This document shows positions 51,393-62,565 of a stretch of DNA of 64,000 nucleotides, in pieces (within the stretch, counting starts at the first letter, position 1; every line of letters starts with the position of its first letter). The notes beneath the pieces are model-generated. The model saw nothing but the letters and a program-made list of their open reading frames with translations, made no database searches and had not been told where the DNA came from. The position numbers and the translations under genes are program-made. The stretch comes from Convolutriloba macropyga (taxonomy: Eukaryota): assembly GCF_964194025.1 (NCBI RefSeq), contig NC_134473.1, positions 28,830,001 through 28,894,000 of the forward strand, written 5' to 3'.

Positions 51393-54300
51393 AAGAGAAA
51401 AAACAAACATTGACAAAAATGGAGAAAAATTACAATAATATAGTTGCTCTGTTGTTGTAAAGTTACCTGAAAACTAATTTTCTTTGCTGGAGTACAGAAG
51501 ATTTTACTGCTCTGGCAACTTTTTGCAAAAAAAAACAGAAAAGAAACTTTCCTAACTTCATAAACTAACTGCTTGTTGCTACAACTGACAAAGACTCAAA
51601 ACTAAGAACCACCACAACAGCGGTTTGTCATATAAGAGACAAACAGAGGATTTAATATGGAAAATGTACACAAAAACTTTTAAAAATCTGCAGTCTTTTT
51701 TGAGAAATCTTTCCGGTTCTTTTTAAAAAAATGTCCTAAACAATTATTGTGTTGCTAAAAGCAAACTAAAAGACCATCTGCAAGGTCAGAAGTTTAGCCG
51801 GAAAACACAAATGATGACAAAGGCCGGAAAACACAAATAATGACAAAAAATTTGGAAAAATTGAAAAAAAAACGCAAATTCGCTATTTGTCTTTCAAAGT
51901 TACCAATCACGAATATATATACAACTGGAGAAGAATTTATCTGAAAACCTCTACAAATATAACCCTTCGAATTTAATCCAAAGATTTGACCTTTCCAATG
52001 GTACCACCCACTATTCCCTTTCTAAAATGCGTAGAACGGTTTTCGATTTTAGCTGGCGAAATAAGACAGCCTGCAATATAGTTCTTTAAATTTTCGTTGA
52101 AAATGTTCGAACAAGTAATGTCATAAAGCAGTTTAATGTGGTCAACTTCTGGCAGTAGGCAATTTTAGTCTTGATCTATCACCTGAAATATTTCAGTTAT
52201 GCTCTAGTTCAGTTACTGGATATTTGAATGTATTGTTGTATCAATTTGTGTTCTATAAGGCATAAAAGATTAGGAATATTTGTAGATTATTTTAAAAAGA
52301 TCGAAAAATCAATAATCAAAACCATATGCGAAGCAGCAACTGCTTCAAAGTGCGCTCTTTTATGGCAATGCTACTCAGAGAATTCAAAACAGTTAATTGA
52401 TATGAAGCATAAAATTTTACGCGTTCACCAAAAAGTTGACCCTTAATGCTGCCTTCAGGTTCAACAAAACGTTATAACAACAAGGAGGCTCGCTAAAGTG
52501 CGTTCAATAAAACAATAATGAAAACACAATAATGCCACGCTAGAGGGCTGATGAAACTTGTTAATAGGACTAGAAAAGACAAAAATAAAAAATAACAAAC
52601 ATTATTTACAACCAAAAATCGATGCATATATTAAAAAATCTTAAAATGAAAAAAAACTCGAATCAGATCATCAAAAAAAACAAATTACCCTATTCCTCTT
52701 TAGAAAAGTTATGGGACAGGGTATTAGGTAGACAAAATTAAAAAGCTCATTGCGCAAAATAAACATTGCGCGAACATGGCAGTGAAGCTGTTAAAACCAT
52801 AACTTGTCATTAAGAGCATTAAAAATGAGTAGTTACCCAAAATTTCAAAGCCAATTGACCTACCATTAATGCTATAAAATAAAAACAAAACAAAAATAGT
52901 TCAAAAGGTACAAACAAATAAAAATCGCAAACATTTTGTAATCTTGTATTAACAGTAGTAACAAAGCCGAAAAACAAGTGGTTAAAAGCAAACTTTTATG
53001 AAGATTAAATTGAAGCTGACTGGAAACGGGTTATGACCGGGTCTATACAGAGACAAAGCTACTAATCTACCGAAAAGCTAATTGAAAAAATGGCAAAGCC
53101 CAAAAACCCAAATGTTTTTGAAAAAAAATAATTTCAAAAACCATAACAGATGAGATTTCAACAAAAATAGATGAAATAACTAGCAACACCTCACGAAGCC
53201 AATTGGGACTGCTATTAATGAGACTAAGTCACGAGCCTACAAAAAGAACAAATACAAGCAGAACCCAAAACACAAACAATTTTACAACACCATAGTTTTC
53301 AAGACACTATAATTATAAGATGTTATCGTTATCTGCAAGAACTGTAAAAAATCACCTGCTTCTGTTTACATCCACGAGTCTTCTTTATAGAAATACTAGG
53401 TAGAAATGACAACAAAAAGAAACCCAAAAAATGTATAGAAATCTATAAAACAGTAAAATCTCGAAATTTTTTTACAGAAACTAAATGATCGAGGCCATCA
53501 GTCAAAACAAATAACCAACCGAGGACTAATGTTTGAATCAACAAAGTTAGGTGAGACTTCTTAGTAGTGAGATTGAGTCAATTGAAAATATCTTGGAGTC
53601 ATTAAACAAATAGCTATAAACTGAAATCTTTAAATAGGTAGAGTCATACGTCCTGGGGAATCAGTTGATACCTTTCATTATCAGGTATATGTCGTACCAC
53701 AAAAAGGAAAAACAAACATAGGAAAAAATAAATTTAAAAAATCCGCTAAATTTTGCAAGAGAACTGTGTCTCAGCCCAAACGCATTAACCACTAAATAAA
53801 ATCAATTAACTTTTTCAGATACGCCTTTTTTCAACACTGCGCAATTTCCTAACTATGCTTTCCTTCAATAGGACCTCTCAATAATACGATAATTCGACAA
53901 GGATATAGAATAAGTTTATAAAATATGCAATTATGCTCAAAATTTTAAAACAACTGAAACCTCGTAGTACTGAAACCAAGAAACTATTAGTTAAATATAA
54001 AACCGTTACAAACATTAATATATAACTCAAAGAAAATGGGTTTCCGCTTGTTTTTCTTAAAACAAATTCAATGTCATAAGAGATAATACTTAACAACAGA
54101 AAGTGTCTAGGTTCACTTGTACCTCATAAACAAGCCAATAGGATCATTGATCGTGGAGACCGTGTCATTGGACTACGAAAAGTAACAACTGAAAGCAAAA
54201 CATAAGAAGTCCATAAAATTGGTCAGAGCCATAAAAACCATGATCTTAACTCTGAAACCATAATATATGGTCGTGGGGCCTCTTTTTTCTATGGGAACTG

Positions 54301-54468
54301 ATTTAAAATTATTGTCAAAAATTTATGTAAAAAACAATGAGGAAATATTAAAAAAGGCCCCTCCAAAAAAAAACTAACAGTTTTTTTACCGTAAAGATCG
54401 ATGTTGCGATCACGATCAGCCCTGATATTGCTGCACGGCTAAAAAATCACACAATTGTTCAGATGATA

Positions 54469-54581
54469 TAGATTAATTTGAACAATTGTGTGGCTAAATA
54501 GATCAATTTGAACAAATATTTGAACAAAAATAGATCAATTTGAACACAAATGTTCAGGCGAAATAGATCAATTTGAACAAA
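54469..54581. repeat. Short minisatellite, TAGATCAATTTGAACA core, 4 copies at about 32-bp spacing
   Basis: Core at about 54469, 54499, 54531 and 54564. Confidence 0.75.
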
Positions 54582-55839
54582 ACTATTAGTATATCAATAA
54601 TAGGGCATTTTGTATAATTATCAAGTTTATTAACTTGCGAAAAACTGGCAAAAATATAATTCTCTTAAAGCCAGCTGGAGTACAAGTAGCTCTCTTTTTG
54701 AGCTTAAGAAGAACATGTCCGCAGTTTTATGGTGTTTGCTTCCAGCAAATTTAAAGAAAATGGGCTAAAAGAAGAATATTTGGTCCCATTTTTGACGAAA
54801 ATTGTCCGAATTTCAAAAATCTTAGCATAATTTCTTTCCAAAACTCGAATCGAACAATTTAGCAACCCTCCTCGATCTTTAAAGATAAAATCAACAACAC
54901 TGCCGTTAACAATTTTACAAACTTCAGCAAAATTGACTAAAAATTTGGTGAAAAATACGGAAAATAAGAAAAAAACAACGGATTATCGTCTACTATTCAC
55001 TTAACTTCAAACCTCGATAACTCTCTATAAAAGGCAAAAATCACAAAAATCGTTTGAAGTCCATATTCTGCGGTGGACGGGCTTTCTAATGATACCACTC
55101 AACTCTACAACTATTATGTCAATCGGCCAAAATTGACTGAACAAAAAAAACCCATTTGAGTATATAGTTCCCGAGTAAAGTGGGTCGGAACAATAACCGG
55201 GCCACATTCTTGAAGTAAGGTTGCTCGCATGAACAAATTAAAATCATGCAGAAAAAGGAACAAATCAGACAAATCAATATACCAATTGGGTTAATAAAAA
55301 CGCGCAAAAAACAGTTATCGCCTCGCCATCGCTTCTCGGATATAACAAAAATGATATCAAATAACAGACAAAATAATTATGAATGCTGGAGCCTTGTTGG
55401 CAAAAATTCAAAAGCCTTGTTTTAACAACTTTAAAAAATTAAACATGATACCCCTCAAACATCTGAATAAATACCTTACACTTCAGAAAATTTTTCCAAA
55501 AAAAAGCAGTTCTTGTAAATGAACTTTGGACGGCAAACAAGGATTGGTTGAACTTTCAGTTTCTTTTTACAGAATAGCTAGTTAAATTTACTCCAGAAGA
55601 GGTGCATCCAACAAAAAAAACTTTTCCAACACTTGCCGCCAAATATTTTGTAACTGAAACTTAACGCCAAAAGTTTGGCAATCAATTTCATTTAAATTAA
55701 TCATCGCTGCTAAGGGGGGATGGTATTGTCGACAGCATTGGCTATAATATTTCGTTTCCAAGTTTTCTCTCCGTCGCATTTCAAAATGTCTGTGCGTGAC
55801 AAGCTAGTAGCGCGTTCCATTAATTTACTTCAGACTTAC

Positions 55840-56944
55840 CTGCATGTGTTATGAACACTTTCGTCCTGCCATCCATTAGCAATGACAATTGAGCTATTTT
55901 GTTAACCAGTAGAAAATTGGGTCCCTTCACATTAAACGCTTTCAACTGCTTATGATGCAAATCAGAAGCCGACCAAATGATCGAATAGGTTGTCTGGCTA
56001 GCTAGTTCTTCTAGAATGTTCTGCAGTTTGGACAATTCCATTTGAAACACTGTACCAAGCGACATGTAGACAATAGGCTTCTCGGCTTTTGCAATGAAGT
56101 CCTGAACTTCGGCACTTAAAGGCTGGAAACAAACTTCATCTGGGATGTATCCGACATGGTGAAAGTTGTTTTTATGTTTCATAAAATCTAGGCTGCTTAG
56201 AAACAGATCAGGAGGTCCCATATGTATCAAGTTGGCGAAGTAATAATAGTACACAAAAGGTAGGAAGAATCTGATCCCTGCATTTCGCAATTTGGGTTCC
56301 ATATTGAATTCACTGTTAATATCGTTCACCATTTCGTACACTTTCTCAGAATTAACTAATTGGTAAATTAACACTCCTACGATCTCGATGAACTCGACTA
56401 GAAATGTTGGCAAGCCTGGTAAGAAAACGGATCTGAGAGGAATCATTTCTTCGCCTTCCAAAGGAAAAGCGAAAGGACCAAGATACATCGCAACAATCGG
56501 AACATCGGTTAACTCGGCAGCTATATGAGCACCAAGAATTATAAAATCTGTCATTATGACGTCATAATCAGAATTTTCTCGAAGGAATTTGTTAGTTTCC
56601 CTAAAGGCTACCCCAGTGCCGTTTTCCGCAAACGTTTCTCGAACGCTGAAAAGTCCTTCAATTTGATTATTAGCCACAATTTCATGGGATCCGTAAATCG
56701 TCACGCTGTTGCACGAGGAAGCATTTGGGAACACTTTCGCCATTTTAGTTTCACAGCAATCTCCCCCCATCAAAAGATCAACATTGTGACCCCTATTAAC
56801 AAGAGCCCGGAAGATGCCCGAATGTGGCATAACATGCCCCGTATAACATGAACTAATGCCCAATACTTTTAATGAATTGGTACTTTGAAACAAAACCAAC
56901 GCAATTAAAGTACCAAAAAGACCCAATGACCAAACTTTTAACAT
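55840..56944 (-). CDS. UDP-glycosyltransferase B, exon 1 (spliced product 517 aa)
   Basis: Has a signal peptide, CYTGH, ALVNRGHNV, PIVYMSLGT and AQLSLL...FITHAG. Canonical donor CAG|GTAAGT at 55839, and 1105+449 nt gives 518 codons. Clear paralog of 10928-12023. Confidence 0.92.
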
Positions 56945-58559
56945 TCTCCGTCACTCAACAGTAAATGAAATTCAGTCTATTTACAAACCAGATGATCGCC
57001 CCACTCTTAAAATTTGTATTTTATGCCATTTGGACCAGGTTAAAGTTCAAAGCTAAATTAAGCTTAGAACTGAAGCAAGCTACATTTGCCGAAGTAGAAC
57101 AAAGGTTCGAAAAGTTCAATTGATAAGTCAATAATAAATTTGTTATCCGTCAAAGAGTACGATTTTCAGCGCTCTATTTTTGCCCTGGTCAAGTCAAAGA
57201 AATACACAAAGTAGCTATTTTATACTCATGTCCTCAAATTCACTCAACACATTTAGGGTATATTAAACTTTTAAAACAAAATTTTACCACTTAAGAACAA
57301 AATTTACGTACAAAAAATTCAAGATTAACAAAAAAATATTGTCTCGCGGAGTATTTTTTAGAAAGCAATATTAGTTGATATCCGATTGCCTGTCAGACTA
57401 CAGATGACGTTTTCATGAGGGCAATGTTCAACTTGAAATGCTATAAGCAACCCAGGACATTGCTCCATGCTTGATTTTTTCCATTCAAAGAGGGACCTGA
57501 TTGAAGATTTAACCCTTTCTGGGCATTTCTAATCAACCACATAACTCAGATTTACTTAATTTAAATCCTGTGGAAATGAAAAAAATAAAAACCTTTTACT
57601 AATTACGAAGCGGTATCGTAAAATGGTAACACTTTCATTTCGGACATTAAGGTTCACTTTCTTTAATTTCTGCATTTCTCTTATTAAGTGCAACGCAACT
57701 TTGTTAAATGAGAGAAGTTTTCACTGAACGAAGCTGTTATTGGCGAATTTATGGTGATTTTGGTCCTCATGATTTAACAATTATGTGAGATTTGGAACTT
57801 TTCACACGAGCCGTAAATATACTTCTTATCTTGTTATATTCTATTAGGTAATGCTACTTCTTATTATATTTTCTTGACCCAAGGGAAAGATTTTCCAATC
57901 ACACTTTGAGAAATAGTGAACGTGCCCATCTGGGAAAAAGGAAAAACACATTATCGATCCGTCAAAATTTTGCACCGAATAAATAGTTTGATCTACTTTT
58001 TACAGTTCTGTGGACAGAATAATTATGCAAAATTGGTAACAGAAATAAAAAAAAATTCTATTTTTTCTTAATTTCATAAACAAACACAGCATATCGAATA
58101 CCATAACTAAGTACAGACAATCGGAAAACTGCCATTGTAATTTAGCATCTGAAAATGTAACGCACAAAAAACTAGTGATACAGCGACCCTCATTTTTTGT
58201 TCCGAGAGTTAATTTTTGAAATAAAATTCGAATGAGAGGAACTGTCAATTCATTTATATTTAATTAGTTTCTGGGCCTTTCTAATCCACCCCATTTTAGA
58301 TTCTGTGAATTTCTAACCACCTAATTCAGATTTACTTAATTTAGATCAAAACCTCAAAGCCAACAATAGCTTATGAAACAGTCTTGGTGACATCCTCACT
58401 GGTCCGTCCCCTAGCTATGGCAAATCTCCTGAACTATAAATTTTCAACACTGGGAGATTTTTTATGGACAAATTACTGCCCCAAGTTGTATGAAACACAA
58501 TATAACAGGTGAAAACAGCCGAACCTTTCACTTTCGCTTCGTTACCCGCAAAGACTGTA

Positions 58560-59570
58560 TCCACGCAATTAACAGATTGAATATACGAAAATCTTCAAGG
58601 CCTTCGCTAGTTACAACATGGGCTCTAAATGACGGCTTATAACATATCCATGGACATCTTAATTATCTAATTAATTGTTCAATGGCCAAATTGGTTTTTC
58701 CTTTGATACTTTAAAAAGCTAACGTTGCGCCTACTTACAGAACAGGTGATTGCACGTACCCCGAAAATTTCCGGTCTATATCTATAAAACCACCATTCAG
58801 AAAACTGTTTGAAAAACTTCTCGCGAATCAAATAACAGAATATGTGGAAAAAATATAAAGCAAAACACAATTTAATTTCGGAAGCCATTACTCTACTACA
58901 TAAGCACTTCTTTATACCGTTGAAAATGCTAGGTCACAAAAACAAAAATAATTTGTTACATCCTTGCTACTAGATTTATCGAAAGCGCTTGACTCCATTA
59001 GCCATCAAATTCGTTATGACAAGTTAGAGGGTATAGAGTTCGGCCGAAAGGCAATAAACCTTGTTTCGTCATACACTAAAAATCTAGTACAGTGAGTACG
59101 TCTTAAAACATCTACTCGGACTGCATTCAGTTGATGCAGGGAGTAGCTTGGACAAAATACTTGGGACATTACTATTTCTAATCTACGCTAATGATGCCCA
59201 GCTTTACATTTAAGAGAAATGCAAAATACTTCAATGTCCAGACGACACTTAATTTCGCAAGCACCTCTAATTTAGACGTAGCCAAGAATAACGTAAGTCG
59301 GAAGCGGAAAATATTTTAGTCATAACAAACTACAATTAAATGTCGGCAAAACTGAATAAATGATCTTTCGTAAATCATCTTCAAGGAAAGTTTTGTCAAA
59401 CCAACAAATAACGGTTGGCAATACAACTCTCAAGGAGGCAACATTCGTTAAATGCTTAAGTGTTAAGTTTGACAGTGGGTTCTAAGTTCAAGAAGTCAAA
59501 AACATTCTTGGTAAAATTGCAGTTGCCATTAGAAGACTTTCAGTCATTGCTCAAAAGCTACCTCTCATGA
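58560..59570 (+). mobile_element. Degenerate non-LTR (LINE; CR1/L2/Jockey-like) reverse transcriptase relic, not visible in the ORF track
   Basis: Ordered motif remnants: GD...PENFRSISI (about 58745), QFNF (QFGFR-like, about 58868), LLLDLSKALDSISH (about 58963), LLFLIYAND (about 59168), LQCPDDT (YADDT-like, about 59230) and NKLQLNVGKTE (about 59323). Confidence 0.8.
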
Positions 59571-60564
59571 GGTAGCTTTTTTCACAAATTCTTTTTTCCA
59601 CAAAACCATTAACTGGTTGACTGCTTTACCAATTTGCATTAAGAACAAAACACTTTGCAAAACAGTTTAAAAAGATATGAACACTTTTTATCATGAGAAA
59701 TTTTTATCTCTCAAATTTAGTCATATTGGGCAAAAGCTAGAAGGACTTCAGAATTAAAGACAAATTCTGACATTAAAAAACATTTAAAATATGACCTTGT
59801 GTTCAATTAATTTCAATTTATCTTTTCGATGAAATTTGACTGAGTTTAACTGTCTGATCTTTACAGCTCTTAAAATTATTACACATTGTACATTTGTATG
59901 CTCCCTTGGAGTCTGCCATTTTAATGGGTCTGAATATACAACAATTCACGTGTTTGTGTTTTTTTTATTTGGTCTATACCTTAACCAAAAACGTTTTTGC
60001 CATCTTAATATTGGTATTCCCATTTTTGAAAAACTTTATTTTTATGTTCTTAATTGAAAAGTCAATAGTTTGTGCTGTTACTTTGATAAAGTGGTTCATC
60101 TTTTAACCCTAGTAACTCTAAGTTATCATTCGAAGTCTAAAATGCAAAATTGTCCGTTTTTGTGTTTTTCTTCTAGACGAGCACAACATGTCACTTATTT
60201 TTCGTTGCTCCAAAAAATGTACTCAAACTATGGTCCATTTGTGAAAAAAATAGCTCTCCTACCGTTTGTTTTTGCAACCTTTGGGGGACTTTCGCAACTT
60301 TCATTTTGCTTCCGATCCACTACCTTATGCATTGCGACTCAAAAACTTGAAATCAAAAAGATTTGGAAATTCACCCCAAGATTGTCCAGGGAGCATGTAG
60401 TTCAACTTCCAATAAGCTGCGATGCGATCAATTAATTTAATTATCTTGAAAACCGGTTTTTAAAAAGATTTATTGGATTTTTTTATACACAATTAAACAT
60501 ATTTACACTGTTCAATCTATAAACTATCAGTATGCACAAACATAAAATATAATTGCAGGCGAGT

Positions 60565-61614
60565 TTATCTAGCAACATTACCAGCGTCCCGTTTTGCTTG
60601 TTTTCTTCGCAGATTCTCAATTTCCGCGAACTTTTGCTTTTTGAGGTCATCTATCAACTGCTCTTTATATTTCGCATCTTTGGCAGGATCTTCTGAATTT
60701 TGGTCTGTTTCCTGCGCTTTTTGAGGAAAGAAATCACAGAAACCTTTCTTCCATTCATCCCAAGAATGTACATGAAAACCATCACCTCTATTCATTGCAT
60801 TTGAATCCGAAGTTGTGGGCATACTAATAGCCATTAAATCGTCGTTGCCGGCACTAATTGCAATGGGCTTGCTCTCATCGATTGCTATGACCTTTTGCAT
60901 AGGTGCACCAAAAGCTAAATTGTTCATAAAAACTTTGAAGTACCGCAACGTCGCCGGAACTTTTTCAGAAACAAAAAGCACATGAGCAGCGTACGTATGA
61001 GCCACAAATCTAAGAGCGCGTCCAATCATTTTCTTCTCAACCGATTCCATGTTTACAAATAAATCAAACTTTGTTCCAACTATCAGGAGAGGGACCGGGA
61101 ACATTGAGGAGGCATCAAAGCCTTTGGCAAAACCCATTCGTCTGTCATTAATCGACTTTTCCATCGTACGCTTTGTATCAGGATCAGAGTTCATTAGCCT
61201 TTCGATCTTTTTCTTCAATTCGATGAGAAAATGTTCCAACGTTACCCATACTAATTGCGGCTGCGATAAGTCCAGTGCCAGGACAACTGAAAAGCCAGTA
61301 AGTGATTCAGGTGTTATGATTGCATCCGTAAGATCACTCAGAAAAGTTCCACCAGCTAGTTCCCACAAATGGACGATGTCTTTCTCCAGTGAGAAAGATT
61401 TGGGCCTTCTTGCAAACGTATATTCCAAAGCGACAGACGGCTTCGCACGCTCTTCATTCTTTTCAAGAAATTTTAATAACAATGACGTTTTCCCTGATTG
61501 CTTAGGTCCAACAAACAGAACCGTTCTTTCTTCGCCCAATAATTTCTCGTCTTTACGCTTCTCGTTCTGAGATTCGACCTCTTTTGTAGCCAGCGACCAA
61601 ACAGTTTCAGACAT
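60565..61614 (-). CDS. DYNC2LI1: Cytoplasmic dynein 2 light intermediate chain 1 (retrograde IFT), single coding exon, 349 aa
   Basis: P-loop-like GPKQSGKT, ALEYTFARR, HLWELAGG, LDLSQP, FPVPLLIVGTKFDLF, ALRFVAH and DPAKDAKYKEQLID are as recalled for D2LIC/XBX-1. The ORF is full length and intact, with AATAAA on the minus strand at 60474-60469. Confidence 0.93.
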   Translation of the reverse strand: MSETVWSLATKEVESQNEKRKDEKLLGEERTVLFVGPKQSGKTSLLLKFLEKNEERAKPSVALEYTFARRPKSFSLEKDIVHLWELAGGTFLSDLTDAIITPESLTGFSVVLALDLSQPQLVWVTLEHFLIELKKKIERLMNSDPDTKRTMEKSINDRRMGFAKGFDASSMFPVPLLIVGTKFDLFVNMESVEKKMIGRALRFVAHTYAAHVLFVSEKVPATLRYFKVFMNNLAFGAPMQKVIAIDESKPIAISAGNDDLMAISMPTTSDSNAMNRGDGFHVHSWDEWKKGFCDFFPQKAQETDQNSEDPAKDAKYKEQLIDDLKKQKFAEIENLRRKQAKRDAGNVAR

Positions 61615-61659
61615 GCTTTTTCTAGAAAATTACCAACTCTACGGCAAAAAATACAGGCA

Positions 61660-61914
61660 GTTGCCGTGATTAGACTACGAGTTTATAGTTAGTCCCATAA
61701 AGTTGCAACGCTATCGGACGTTTCAAAGGCCAAAATTCGAAATTTAAACACTCAGAGATCAACACTTCGTTCCTTTGCATGTCGGGAGTTTTCTGAACGT
61801 TCACTTGCGTTGCAACTATCTGGGACTAACTATATTACAATCTTTTATCGCCACTTACTACATAAACAGTGGCGACAAAAGAGTGCGATAAAATCGTAGT
61901 CTAATCAAGACAAC
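61660..61914. promoter_or_regulatory. Palindromic element in the DYNC2LI1 proximal upstream region, with RFX X-box-like half sites
   Basis: Inverted pairs 61660-61680/61894-61914 and 61684-61711/61807-61834. GTTGCC/GGCAAC half sites at 61660 and 62121. The regulatory role is inferred. Confidence 0.5.
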
Positions 61915-62565
61915 AAGATGCAAGTAGTTCTCTGAAAATAGAAAGGGGGTTTGCTCTTAAGTCGCGCAGGACAATCCAATGGATGAGTAGTGATCCCCTA
62001 GTATGAGACATCACTGCATCGTATATAATTAAAAAGATAACTCTTTAGAGCTGCGTCATGAGAATTGAACTTCTATATAAGCTAATGTTAACATAATTTG
62101 ATGAATTCCTTATCAATCACGGCAACAAGATGATAAAGATATGCATCAGTTGTAATCGCAACGATATTCTATTAAAGTTTTACAACCCCGGAAGTCGCCA
62201 GTGTCAGAAATTAATACGCTAGAAGGTCCTATATACTTAGCCGGACCTAGAAATTAAAACTGAATAACTCAATATTATCTTCCAGAAAAGTTTCTCAATA
62301 TTATCTTCCAGCGGGACCGTCAAACGGGCTGCTTCAGCTGGTCGTGAAAGATAATAATTTCCAACCCAAAACCATCTTTGGTTTTTATTGATGTTTCACT
62401 AAGAACGCTAACTTGCTCTGTTACTGGAGATGACAAACGGGGGGGGGGGGGGGGGGCTAAAAAAGCCCATTGAAAGAATTGATATTAGGATTGATCAGCT
62501 ACGTCACCACCTCTTGCAAAAACCAAATCAAAAAATTTCCCAGGACTCAGGATCCTGCTATAACA

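Larger units (their letters stand above)
38860..52735. repeat. Tandem duplication of about 3.07 kb in the UGT-B intron: unit 1 about 39099-42165; unit 2 42166-52430, interrupted by the BEL element; partial copies at 38860-39097 and 52431-52735
   Basis: AAAGTTGA(T/C)CCTTAATGCTGCCTT occurs at about 39100, 42167 and 52432. ORFs 40394 and 43459 translate identically. Paired (GA)n tracts lie at about 41090 and 51345. Confidence 0.9.

Noticed and set aside
8400-54581. CRISPR-like interpretation of the spaced repeats at 8400-9210, 28777-29355 and 54469-54581
   Set aside because: Eukaryotic context, whole units repeat with no unique spacers, and there are no cas genes.
61049-61570. 173-aa plus-strand ORF, and similar antisense ORFs over the UGT exons and retroelements
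   Set aside because: Shadow ORFs opposite real coding sequence.
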